Below, piece by piece: positions 38,901-50,107 of a stretch of 64,000 nt of DNA (positions within the stretch are counted from its first letter, which is position 1; each line of letters begins with the position of its first letter). The position numbers and the translations under genes are program-made. Origin of the DNA: Oikopleura dioica (Eukaryota > Animalia > Chordata); the NCBI GenBank assembly GCA_907165135.1, contig OU015566.1, forward strand, positions 1,116,001 through 1,180,000. Direction: 5' to 3'. The notes below the pieces were generated by a model. It saw only the letters and a list, made by a program, of their open reading frames with translations, had not been told where the DNA came from and did no database searches.

Positions 38901-40790
38901 TTCCGGCTTCGAGGGTGATGGGGAAACCAGCTGCGAAGACATCGACGAGTGCACTACTGGAGGTTGGCCGAGGGGTGGATGCGACTGGTGGGGCGACGGC
39001 GGAAGGTGCATCAACGAAATTGGCTCTCATCGCTGCGAATGTCGCGAAGGCTTTTCCGGAGATGGAATTGAATGCAATGATATCGACGAATGCGAAGAAG
39101 GATCTCATACTTGCCATGAAAACGCAATTTGTGAAAATAACGCTGGAAGCTTTAGCTGCAACTGTGCCAATGGATATCAGGGCGACGGAGAAAATTGTGA
39201 AGATATTGACGAGTGCAAAGAAAAGACCCATTCATGCGCTGAAGACTCAAAGTGCTCGAATTCGCCGGGAAGTTATTCTTGCCAATGTCTGACTGGCTTT
39301 TCTGGTGATGCTTATTTAGGCCTCGGTTTCAATCTTCGATTTCTCGTTTCTCGAAAAATTTCGTTTTCAAATCAAAATATGAAACCAAATGAGCTTGTGA
39401 TGACATCAATGAATGTCTGAACTCTCCTTGCGCAGAAAATGCTTCTTGCTCAAATACTCGAGGAAGTTTTTCGTGTTCTTGCAATTCTGGCTTCGCTGGT
39501 GACCCCCGTACGTCCTGTGAGGATATCAATGAATGCGAAGGCGACCACGGTTGTCCTGTTAATTCGCGGTGCACCAATCTTGAGGGGTCTTTCAAGTGCG
39601 AAGGATTCGCGATGAAAAACGGGCGTTTTGAAGACATAGACGAGTGTGCCAACAATCCTTGCCATCATAACGCGAATTGTGTGAACAACGATGGGAGTTT
39701 TGACTGCATTTGCCAAGGTAAAAATATTTGTTCATAATTTCTCGGAGATTTTTTTCTAGATGGATATCACGGGGACGGCTTCGTTTGCGATCTGACAGTG
39801 AATTGCTTTGTCGACAATGGTGGCTGTAGTCACTTTTGCAATATCCCAAGCGGCTGCTCCTGCCCAGGCTCTTGCTGGAATCTTGATTCGGATAACAAAA
39901 CATGCGTTCCTGATGTAGAGAAATCGGAGATGCAGTGCCTACCCGGCTCGATGGACATTTCTATTGACGGTTGTTTGTTCGAAGACGGGAAAAATTACGA
40001 GCTTCAGATGATTGATCCAAACTGCATATTGAGCAAAAATGGTGGATTTTTCGAGCTCGAAGTTGATTTTGATGAGTGCGGCACTTATATTGACAAGATG
40101 AATGGCCAAGTTCTCATGTCGCAAAAAGTACAAGCAATGACAGGCGATCCTCTCAGCCAAATTATCGGTAAGAAAAATATGAAAGGGGCGATGAATACCG
40201 TATTATCTAGAGGAATTCGATTTCGAGTGCAGCTACAATTCGACATATATAGTTGCTGCTTCAACCAGACTTGAGCTTGACGATACTCCGTTGGAAGTAA
40301 AAAGTGAAACTGAAGAAGGAATTTTTGACTTCTCACTCAATCTCTTTTCCAATGATGAATTTGTGGAGAAATTATCAGAAGATGATGTAATCAATGTTGG
40401 GGAGAAGGCGTTCTTTGCTATTCAGGTATTTCTTTCTTCCCGCCTCAAATGATGATTATTTTCAAGGCTGAAAATTTCCCGGAGAGTCTTTACTTTTTCG
40501 TGCAAAAATGCTCCATCGAAGAAATCGGCACTTCAAGCTCGTTTGACATCATTTCAAGTCCTGGCTGCAACAACTTGATCACCTCTACTTCTTCTCCCGA
40601 TCCATACATCACCAGCGGCGCCGGAATGAAACGATTTGAGTTCCAGTCATTCACTTTTACAAGTTCAACAAAAGCAATCGCGGAGGAAATTTTGAAATGT
40701 GAAATTCAAGTCTGCCTTCAAGATGAATGTCCCGAAACTGCAGCTTGCGGGACTGCGAACTCCGTAAGAAGACGGAGAGATAATTACTGA
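35942..40790 (+). CDS. Secreted fibrillin-like protein: tandem calcium-binding EGF repeats plus C-terminal ZP domain
   Basis: Signal-like MLMLGLLREAQA; more than 20 D(I/V)DEC..C..NT.GS(Y/F).C.C..G(F/Y).GDG repeats in the 975-aa ORF; ZP-type CLPGSMDISI..FDECGT, FFVQKCS..GC..RFEFQSFTF..CEIQVC; ends in furin-type RRRR with no TM helix. Confidence 0.88.
36127..36278. mobile_element. CCAAT-MITE family copy in the first intron of the EGF-ZP gene
   Basis: ggaaccgacaaaaaatttcgacaa ... ttgtcgaatttttcatcggtacc with the cttctgattgg core. Confidence 0.65.
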
Positions 40791-41276
40791 CGATCTTTTC
40801 TGTACTGAAAATGTACTTTTTGTAAATAAACTTTCATAAATTCTCAATTAATTCGCAAGAAAATAATGTTTTCAGAATTTTGTTGAAAGTTCTTTTTATG
40901 TTCTTTTCAGCAGGTATCAGATTCACGTGTTTACTCTTGAAACTTTAAGCAGAACCCATCTGACTAGAAAAAGATAGATTATTGCCCGAGGAATTTTTGT
41001 GCTGCACTAGAAATACAACTCAAACGCAAGCTCAGCACTTCGCAGGTTTTTTTTAAAGTTAAATTTTCAAAAAAGAGAACACTTCACGAAGATTAATGAA
41101 GAGTTGTCTAAGGAAAAAGTTAAAAATCGATTTACAGAAGAGTTTAAACTTTGTTTAATTAATAAAAAGCATAAAGAGTATGCTTTACTGGAATGTACTG
41201 TGAATAATATTACTGTGAATAATATTACTGTGTTTAGGGAATAGAAAAGGGGAAATATCCAAATAAAATGATCTAT

Positions 41277-42755
41277 TTATTCAGGTTTTTCTAAGCTGCA
41301 TTGAGTATTATGCCTTGTTCTTCTTGCAGTGTACTCCATTTCAAGCTTTACAAGGCAAATTAGAGCTAAAAGCACGAACACAAGCAGGATGATAATTTGA
41401 ACAGAAAGCGTCAGTACAGTAGCATAGAGAGAGGCAACTCCAACAGAACCAGCAAGCAAGATTCCGACCCAGACATATGCTCCAGCTGTTTCCCACTCTG
41501 CCTTGAAGCATGAACCTTAATTCACTAATGATAAAAGATGGCTGAGAATTTGTAACCGATAGCTCGATTCATGGCGACTTGAGTCGTGCAGTCAAAATAC
41601 CCAATCGCAAGGGCGGAAATCAAAATTGAATATTTTTGAGGCGAAATGATCCCTGGAGTTGTTGTTGCGTGGAGAGTGCAGGTATCTGGAAAGGTCAGGT
41701 AGAAAGTGATCAGGGAGTAGATCAGGAGACAGAAGGCTGATCCCAGCTGAACTTTGTAATGAGATGAAGGCAGGCAGAATGAACGAACCTGGATGAAATG
41801 TTTTGAATGAAGAACTTGAACAAACGTCGCCAAGAGTTCTCCCACTCCGACCATCAAGACTGCCAAGCCCATTAGGGACTTTGAATCGGGCAAATCTGGT
41901 GTGGTTCCAACACAAGTTGGGAGAACAATCGAATAGAAACAGATCAAAATCCCGATTTCGGCCATGAGCGGCATCAGCAAGAGCACATCCTTGTTCTTGG
42001 CCATTTCCCAAGCACTAAATGAAAAGCATAATTTTTCAAAAGAAACCATAAATTCACCTGAATAGATAAGTCCTAAGCTCTTCCCCAACATCCTTTTGCT
42101 TCACAACCTTTCCTTCTTCATTATTTTTCAGGAGCAGAAACGACAATGCTCCTAGCAGCGTGATTCCAGACATAATAATCGCGAGAAGATTCTGCTCCGA
42201 TTGATCAATGATCGTCCTTCCTTTCCAAGCGTAGAAAACGTAGATATTTCCTCCGAAAGAGCCGCTCATGTACATTGCGAAAAAGATCGAGGCGTTTCTG
42301 TGAAGCGTCTTTTTCGTCGAATTTATGACAAATTCCGAACCGCGGCCGATCCAAAGAAATGCGGCGCCGCAACCGGAGAGGGCGGAAAAGACATAAAGGA
42401 GGGCTGGAATTGGTTTGATGAAGACAGCGCAGTAGCAGGCAGTGATGACGCCGCCAAGGAGCATGAGATATTTTCGACTCATCAGGCTCATCAAGACTGG
42501 GGAGAAAATTGACATGATGCTGTTCGTAGAAGAATATAGGGCCAGTGAAACAAAGCCATTAACATCTGTCTCTCCAGTTCGATTTCTGTACGATCGGAGA
42601 ATTGTCTCTGAGCATCCAACAATCGTCAAATAGCCTGTCTTATTTTTGGCTCTGAAAATTCCTATTCTTGGTAAAAAAGAAAAATTTTAGAGCCATTCAT
42701 AAACAAGAAAAAATCCAAGCCCGAGAATGAAAATATTCCAATCTTTCGTATTCAT
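41277..42755 (-). CDS. MFSD11: UNC93-like MFS transporter
   Basis: MNTKDWNIFILGLGFFL..; GFVSLALYSSTNSIMSIFSPVL..AVFIKPIPALLYVFSALSGCGAAFLWIGRG; IFFAMYMSGSFGGNIYVFYAWKG; about 12 TM segments over 4-5 exons. Confidence 0.82.
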
Positions 42756-43367
42756 TTTCTTTCTACTTTAGTCTCTATTCGAAAAAGTGATCTTTAGGTT
42801 TGAATTTCTTGATATTCTGGAAGTAAGAAAAAAGGGTTGAGTTGTGTTTGTTCACGACTCAATCGGATGATATTGAGCCAATCTTAATTGAATTTCGAAA
42901 AAATAGACAAGAATGAGAACTGGCGGAGTGACAAAATGGTTATTTTTGAAGTGAAACAGTCGATTCGACAAGTACAGTGTGTACTCAGTGCTACAGGGTG
43001 GGAAGAAAAGACGCTCTTTTCAGTAATGGAACTGTAGGTTTATCCCTCAATAGAATATTTACACGAAAAACGGGATTAAACCAAAAGTTGGAAGTGGTTT
43101 TTGGATAACAAATAAGATTTGCGCATTTGACCTACTGGCCAATTAAAACCAAGATCCTGAAATTCACTTCCTTTTTTTTGGTCTGCCCGAAAAAACGACT
43201 GTTTTGAGTCATCTATCCGTCAAAAGATTCATAGGAAATGAAATTCTCCTCTGGAACACGCGCGACATTTTTATACGATTTTTAACAATCCGGTTGAATA
43301 CATCTTCAAATACAGAAAATGCATAAAAGACCCTGCGCCCCAAAAATTTTGACGAAACAAGAGGAAA

Positions 43368-46300
43368 ATGATACGCTGCCTTTTTATTCTGACGAATACT
43401 CTCGCTTTTCTCGGCGGAACTGCTTTGATTGGCCTCTGCACTTGGATCATTCTTGACGCTGAATCTATTGGTGAATAAAAATGAAGCAGCCGTTTTCATT
43501 TTTCTGTTTTTTAGGGATCGAGGCGGACTTCATTGTCGATTTCATAAATGGCTTTTTGAAAGAAGTGGCTGAGAACCTCGGCGAATTGTATGAAGAACAT
43601 GTTGGCAACCCGGAAATTTTCGAGGACATTTTTGAATGGATTTCATACGCGACTTATGTTGCCCTAGCCGCCGGATGCCTTGTTACGCTGATAAGGTTTG
43701 ACATGAAATTTGACAAAAGAAAGCGATTTGGCGATAATTTTTGCAGAATCTGATTGGCGCGTCGGCCAAATGCGGACATCTGATTGGCCAGTCGGCCAAA
43801 TACGGACATCTGATTGGTCTGAAATTTGACATAAATTTTGACTAAAATAGTATTCTGATTTTTGTCGAATCTTGACAGAAAAATTGAACTTTCCCTTTTT
43901 CAGTTTTACTGGCTGTTTCGGAGCTCAAGCAAAGAGCCGTTGCCTCTTGACAATTTTCGAGATTTTCATGGCGCTTCTCATTGTCATCCAGGTAATGAAA
44001 CATTTTTACAGTTTTCCTAGGACTTCGTTCTTTGACTCATTTCCTAGCTCACTGGAGCTGTTCTCGCGATCTTCTACTACCCAAAAGTCGATGAGTTTCT
44101 GGTTGAGCGCTTTGCCGAGTACGAGCCGATTCCGAATCCGGAGGACATTAATGATGTGAATCAAATTCCAGACCCTGATGTGATTTTCAACTCGCAATTT
44201 GTTGATATCATGCAGACAAGTCTCGACTGCTGCGGGTGGAATTCGAAAGATGATTTTCCAAATGGTAAAGAAAAAAGACCGAATTTCGATTTTTTGGGGC
44301 ATTTTTTGGACAAAATTTTAGCAAAATTTTAGTCAAATTTTTGGTCGCAATTTCGAACCTAAATATTTTTTTACCGATATTTTTTTCTCATTTTGATAAT
44401 TTTGCTTCTAGAATTGCCGGAATCCTGCTTCCAGACCGATGCCCAAAACTTGACCTCCGTCTGGGAAAACTCCTGCGGACGAATTTCAATAAGAATTTTT
44501 CGGCCAAAAAAATGGCCCCCCTTTTTATGTGCTCATATGAAAGAGCGTAAAAAGTTATGCTCGAAAAAAATATTTTTTTTTGCCCGAGGGCATAAATTAT
44601 GACTCATAGGTCAGTTTGAAAAATTTTCAAACTCCCCCCCTAAATAGCCTCCGGGCACTTATTTTTTCGGGATTTTTTGACGTCATTAGAATCCTCAGGA
44701 CATAAGCTTTTGGTAGACCCCTCAACCGCGGTAAACCGCCCGGTTAACCGCGTGGTTCACCGCGGTTCATTTCCTTAGGCATAGTACACATACCAATATA
44801 CATATCAATCGACTTCTTTTTTGATGCTGGATTCATTTTTGAGCATGAAAACACATGACCGCATGGTCAACCGCCCGGTTCGGGATTGCTGATGAATATT
44901 TTTCAAAAAATTGCTTTCAAAACTGAAAATTTTTCAAAGCTGAATAATTTTCAAACCTGAAAAACTTTGAAAACTGAGTAATATAATGCACTCAAAATAT
45001 TTCAAAACTGATAATGAACCACTTGACTAACCGCCCGGTTAACAGCGGTTCAAAGCGATTCACGCTCTGAATAATCACAAAATGTGGACATATGTATATA
45101 AGAATGCTTTTCTACTCAATAGGAGTCTTTAAAACAGATATTTGAACCGAACCACTAAGGTAACCGCCCGGTTCAAAGCGGTTCAGAATGATTCACGCTC
45201 TTAGTATCCACAAAATGCTTAAAATGTTTATCAAAATGCTTCTCTACTCATAAGGTGTTCTTTTTATAGATATTTGAACTGAACCACTTGGCTCACCGAC
45301 CGTTTCTTGAATCAACTTAGGGAAGGGGCCGGCCGACTCTGAGGTGAGACAAGCCCTGTTTTTTGAATCCAGTCAAGGAAGGGGCGAAGCCGAAACCCTT
45401 AACTGGATTCAAAAAACAAGGCTGGCATCGCCTTCGTGTCGGCTTGGCCCTCTCCAAACTGGAGTCAAAAAGCGGGACTGGCCTTACTTTCGGGTCGGCT
45501 TGGCCCCTTCCCAGACGGGATTCAAGAAACGGGGCTCAGAAAATTGGTCAGTTTTGAAAATTTGCAGTTTTGAATATTATTTTGTTTTGAATATAAAGTT
45601 TTTTAAAAATTTTTTAGTATTTGGCACTTCTGAAAATTTTCTTGAAACTAAGAGCGTGAATCACTCTGAACCGCTTTGAACCGGGCGGTTACCTTAGTGG
45701 TTCGGTTCAAATATCTGTTTTAAAGACTCCTATTGAGTAGAAAAGCATTCTGATATACATATGTCCACATTTTGTGATTATTCAGAGCGTGAACCGCTTT
45801 GAACCGCTGTTAACCGGGCGGTTAGCCAAGTGGTTCATTATCAGTTTTGAAATATTTTGAGTGCATAATATTACTCAGTTTTCAAAGTTTTTCAGGTTTG
45901 AAAATTATTCAGCTTTGAAAAATTTTCAGTTTTGAAAGCAATTTTTTGAAAAATATTCATCAGCAATCCCGAACCGGGCGGTTGACCATGCGGTCATGTG
46001 TTTTCATGCTCAAAAATGAATCCAGCATCAAAAAAGAAGTCGATTGATATGTATATTGGTATGAGTACTATGCCTAAGGAAATGAACCGCGGTGAACCAC
46101 GCGGTTAACCGGGCGGTTTACCGCGGTTGAGGGGTCTACCAAAAGCTTATGTCCTGAGGATTCTAATGACGTCAAAAAATCCCGAAAAAATAAGTGCCCG
46201 GAGGCTATTTAGGGGGGGAGTTTGAAAATTTTTCAAACTGACCTATGAGTCATAATTTATGCCCTCGGGCAAAAAAAAATATTTTTTTCTAGCATAACTT

Positions 46301-46488
46301 TTTACGCTCTTTCATATGAGCACATAAAAAGGGGGGCCATTTTTTTGGCCGAAAAATTCTTATTGAAATTCGCCGAATCACAAATCGAGTCGTATCTCAT
46401 CATCATCGGGGTTGTTGGAGGAGTCATCGTCGCTTTCGAACTTGTCAGCTTGATCGTTTCTTGTCTCATCAAAAGAAAATTCAAATAA
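43368..46488 (+). CDS. Tetraspanin, interrupted by a 1.9-kb foldback between EC2 and TM4
   Basis: TM1 LAFLGGTALIGLCTWIIL; GCFGAQAKSRCLL motif; CCG in QTSLDCCGWNS; LPESC; TM4 YLIIIGVVGGVIVAFELVSLIVSCLI. Confidence 0.82.
44481..46371. mobile_element. 1.9-kb foldback element with about 725-bp near-perfect inverted arms
   Basis: Arms 44481-45205 and 45647-46371 are reverse complements (gaatttcaataagaatttttcggcc..); aaccg/cggtt-rich; 441-bp spacer; no clear TSD. Confidence 0.9.
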
Positions 46489-46602
46489 ATTCGTAAATTC
46501 GTGTTGATGAAGTGATACAGTATTGCAGGCGGAACGATGATATTTACAGTCATATAAACCCGACAGAACAAAAAGTAAACGCGAATCTCGTCGAGTCAAA
46601 AA

Positions 46603-47735
46603 ATGCGAATTTCTTCGATTCTTTTTCTGCATCTTTCTTTAGCTTCGATTCTAAAGAGCCAAAATAATGAAACCGAGAAATATTTCTTCGTCCTTGCGGA
46701 TGACAACGAAAAACCTCGTCTCAGCTATGTGATTTCTACTACTGGAGCTTTCAAGGAAGATCGAGTAATTCAAACTCCAGAGACGGTTTCTTCTTGGGGC
46801 TTTCTTGGTCGAGCTGGATCAGCGATGGTCAATGGAAAGATGCATATTTTTGGGGGAACAGCAGACACAAGAAAGGTTGGCGGGTTTTCGGAGTTGGATT
46901 AAATGGTCTTTCAGATCGGGATTCTCGATGGTTGTGAGATTAGACGACTTCGATACCGCCTTATCAACGAGTACACTACTAGCTCTTCCATCGTCTCCGT
47001 GCCAACATTACAAGGATCGAACGGTAGAGCGTTTCCAGAATATTCTTCTTTATGAAAAACTTAGCTCTCCTGTGCTTCGACTTCAAACAAACCGGCAAAG
47101 AATGCGAAGAGTTCAACGGCGAAATTTCTCTGCGAACAATTCCTAGCGAAGTCACTCATCTTGGTGCATGCCTTGCGATTTTCAAGGGACAACCAACGGC
47201 TGTTAGCAGTTACGAACCAGACGGATGGAAAACGGTGGAAACAAGGGGTCAGGATGGATGGTCGTTTTTATCTGAACATCCAAGGTAGAAGCAAAAAAGT
47301 TGCGGAAAATTCACATTCTAGAAAACTCAAATACCATACATGTCTTGGTCTGGCAGACGGGTTGATGACCATCGGTGGCGAGGATTTCGACGGCTTTCAA
47401 AGAATCAACGATATTTGGCTTCTCCGGGATTCTGACTGGAATCTTGTTGGAACTCTGAAACAGGTTCCCTATTTTTTCTTTCTATTTTTGACCGAATTTC
47501 TCTTCAAGCAAGCTTGGTACGCGTCTTCTTTCTTGATTTCAGGAGAAATTTTCGCCATCAGCGGAGACTAGTAAGAAATCTATCATCTTCAGCCAGCTTA
47601 TTTTTCAGCCCTTATGCGATTGAAAAAATTGAATGGGATGGGACAAGTGTTGTTTCTTCGGAAATCATCAACAATCATCCTGCTTACTACGCGAAACCGA
47701 TTGTTTTTGAAACTGATGCAGAATTTTGCAAATAA
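46603..47735 (+). CDS. Secreted kelch/beta-propeller-like protein, multi-exon
   Basis: Signal peptide MRISSILFLHLSLASILKS; kelch-like blades MVNGKMHIFGG, LMTIGGEDF..DIWLLRDSDWNLVG. Confidence 0.62.
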
Positions 47736-47801
47736 AGAGTCAAAACGTCTTGTGAAAAGATTCCAAATGATGATTCTTTATTCTGATATTTTCGATTCAA
47801 G

Positions 47802-49797
47802 TCATTCAAGAGCAGAAATTGCGCAGTTACTTTCGACATGAATGTCGATCAGAATCGCTATCGTTGAAATCGTAATCGCCAGCGTCAAAATCGTTCCCCA
47901 AAAATGAGAAATCATCTTTCCGTAAAATTGCCAGGCCGCCTGGTAGTCCTTCTTTTTCAAATCACCTAAGAAAGAGAATCGATTTCTGACTTGTTCAAGC
48001 TTACTTTTCATGTCTGAGTATTTGACAGGATCGACGTTGAGGAGGATGAGAAGGGGGATGTTGTACTTGTCAGCTTTGAAGACTTGGAAGAATTTTGCCA
48101 AGTTGTATGCAAATTTGCTTCGTCGAGGTGAAAAGTTGTACATGTTTTCGTGTCTTCCATCGTAGTACCACAGTGTCATCGCTAGAAGGGCTTCTCAAGT
48201 GCTCAAGAAATGGGACCTACCGATAGTTATATGAGCAAAGACACTTCCCACAACGCTGATGATGAACAAGAAGAGCAGTCGAGGAGCAACTCTAACATTG
48301 TCAAAGACGGGAACGGAACTAGTTATCGGTCAAAACGACCGAAATATATATTTTTTTTTAAATTAAAATTTTGGCCGATTTCTTGAAAGAACATCGAGAT
48401 AAACAACCATAGCCAGCAGCACTGTTATTTGAAAACCGACGCTTTCGCCAGTCGAAACAGGCATCCACATCCCAACGCAGACCAAAATATTCAAGCAAAT
48501 TATGGGCAGGAAAAGAGTCAGCCCGTATTTCGCAGTTTTGCGATTAAGTGCGAATTCGACTCGCACCAACGACGAGAAATCTCCTTGATTGTCTTCGACT
48601 AGCTTCGTTTCAAATTTGTACCCGAGGAGGTTCCACTCGTCGCTTTCTTCGTAAAAGACGTTTTTCAGGGCGGAAAGTGTGGTGTCTTTGTAGTGAATTA
48701 TGTCATCAGGGATGTTGGTGATGTTGTTCTTTTTCTTCCACTCTTCGATTTTCATCAATCTGTATTAAAAAAAAGATGTTTATCCTCTACAGTGGAAACT
48801 CAAAATTTGCCTATTCGATATTTGGCCGGTTTTAGGCGAAATTGACTGATTTTAGAATAAAAAAAAGACTCAAAAATTGGCTGCTTTTTCAAAAATAAAA
48901 AATTTTGGATCAAAATTGCGCCCAAATTATGCTATTTCTGGGCATGTTTAGCTTTTTTAAAGTGTTAAAATTATTTAAAATGACTAATTTCAAAAATAAA
49001 TGTCTCCAAACAAGCAAAAATTTGAATAAAATTAATCAAAAACGTGAAAATCATGCCCATTTTCGAAAATTTCGAAAATTTGCTTCTTAGAAGGGGACTC
49101 TTGGCTATCCGGTAAAAACCTCAAAATTTGGCCGCTTTTGTTTGGAATTAGGATCAGAAAACCGGCCAATTTTTGAGTTTTCACTGTATCGGACTATCTT
49201 TGCCTTACCTTTTATTTGTGGGAAAACCTGGTGAAGCGAAATCAATATGGCATTGCTGGACATCCAAAGGATACAGCGAAGGATCCATGTTGCAACTTGT
49301 GTAGACGAGTACCTTTTGCGTGTAGTAGACATATCCTCTGAGTATAAAGAAAAATAACTTTATGGATAGAGAAGAACCTGTTGTCTAATCTCGCGGGATA
49401 GCGGGAAACTTTATTATCAGTCCTCATTCTGTTGATGACTTCTACATCTGGAAACCACAAACTGCTAATTGGGACTGTAATACTGGTTGTATTATCGAAG
49501 TCTGCGGGGTTCCAAGTCAGACGAGGGTCTTTAGATACATTGAAATTGATTTCATTCCGCCAGCTTACCTTGCCAGGAAGTGAACATCAAAAAACTCGAG
49601 TCCATTCCGCTATTTTTCAGATCAACATCGGCGATCGACTCCAATTCGATGGAAACCTCAACGTCAACTGGCTCCTGAGGCGGACTTATCCACCGTTGAT
49701 AACCAATGAATATTGACCTGACGATCAATGTCTCAGGCGGCAGTTTCTCGAGCGAAAAACAGCTGGAAAGAAGAAAAGAAAAAGCGCAAAATCGCAT
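47802..49797 (-). CDS. Divergent Cys-loop ligand-gated ion channel subunit (nAChR/5-HT3-like)
   Basis: WFPDVEVIN; intact Cys loop CNMDPSLYPLDVQQC (C-x13-C); M1-M2 YGLTLFLPIICLNIL..MPVSTGESVGFQITVLLAMVVYL; C-terminal M4. Confidence 0.85.
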
Positions 49798-50107
49798 TTT
49801 GGTAATGGCAAGAAAAGCGATTGTCAGCAGTTTATAAAGGGGATCATTGAATTGAGAAAATCTTCAGCAGATGATACCCCTTTTCTTTGGTTAATAAGAG
49901 CCAATTTAAGCTTACCCTTTCTGGCGCCTTCATGAGAACTTTTATAATTACGGATATTTAGGGGAAAATCTGGGGAAATTAGCCGACATTTTTCTCGAAG
50001 AAAGATGTAACAAAATCATACTTGAACTTTCTTTCATAAATTTATTGTCAATAATTTCAAGTGTTTTATTTGTTTGGGCAGGACATGGATAAGCAGGTTT
50101 TTGAGTT

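Noticed and set aside
36826-39231. Long antisense ORFs over the EGF exon
   Set aside because: Shadow frames of a repetitive Cys-rich coding exon
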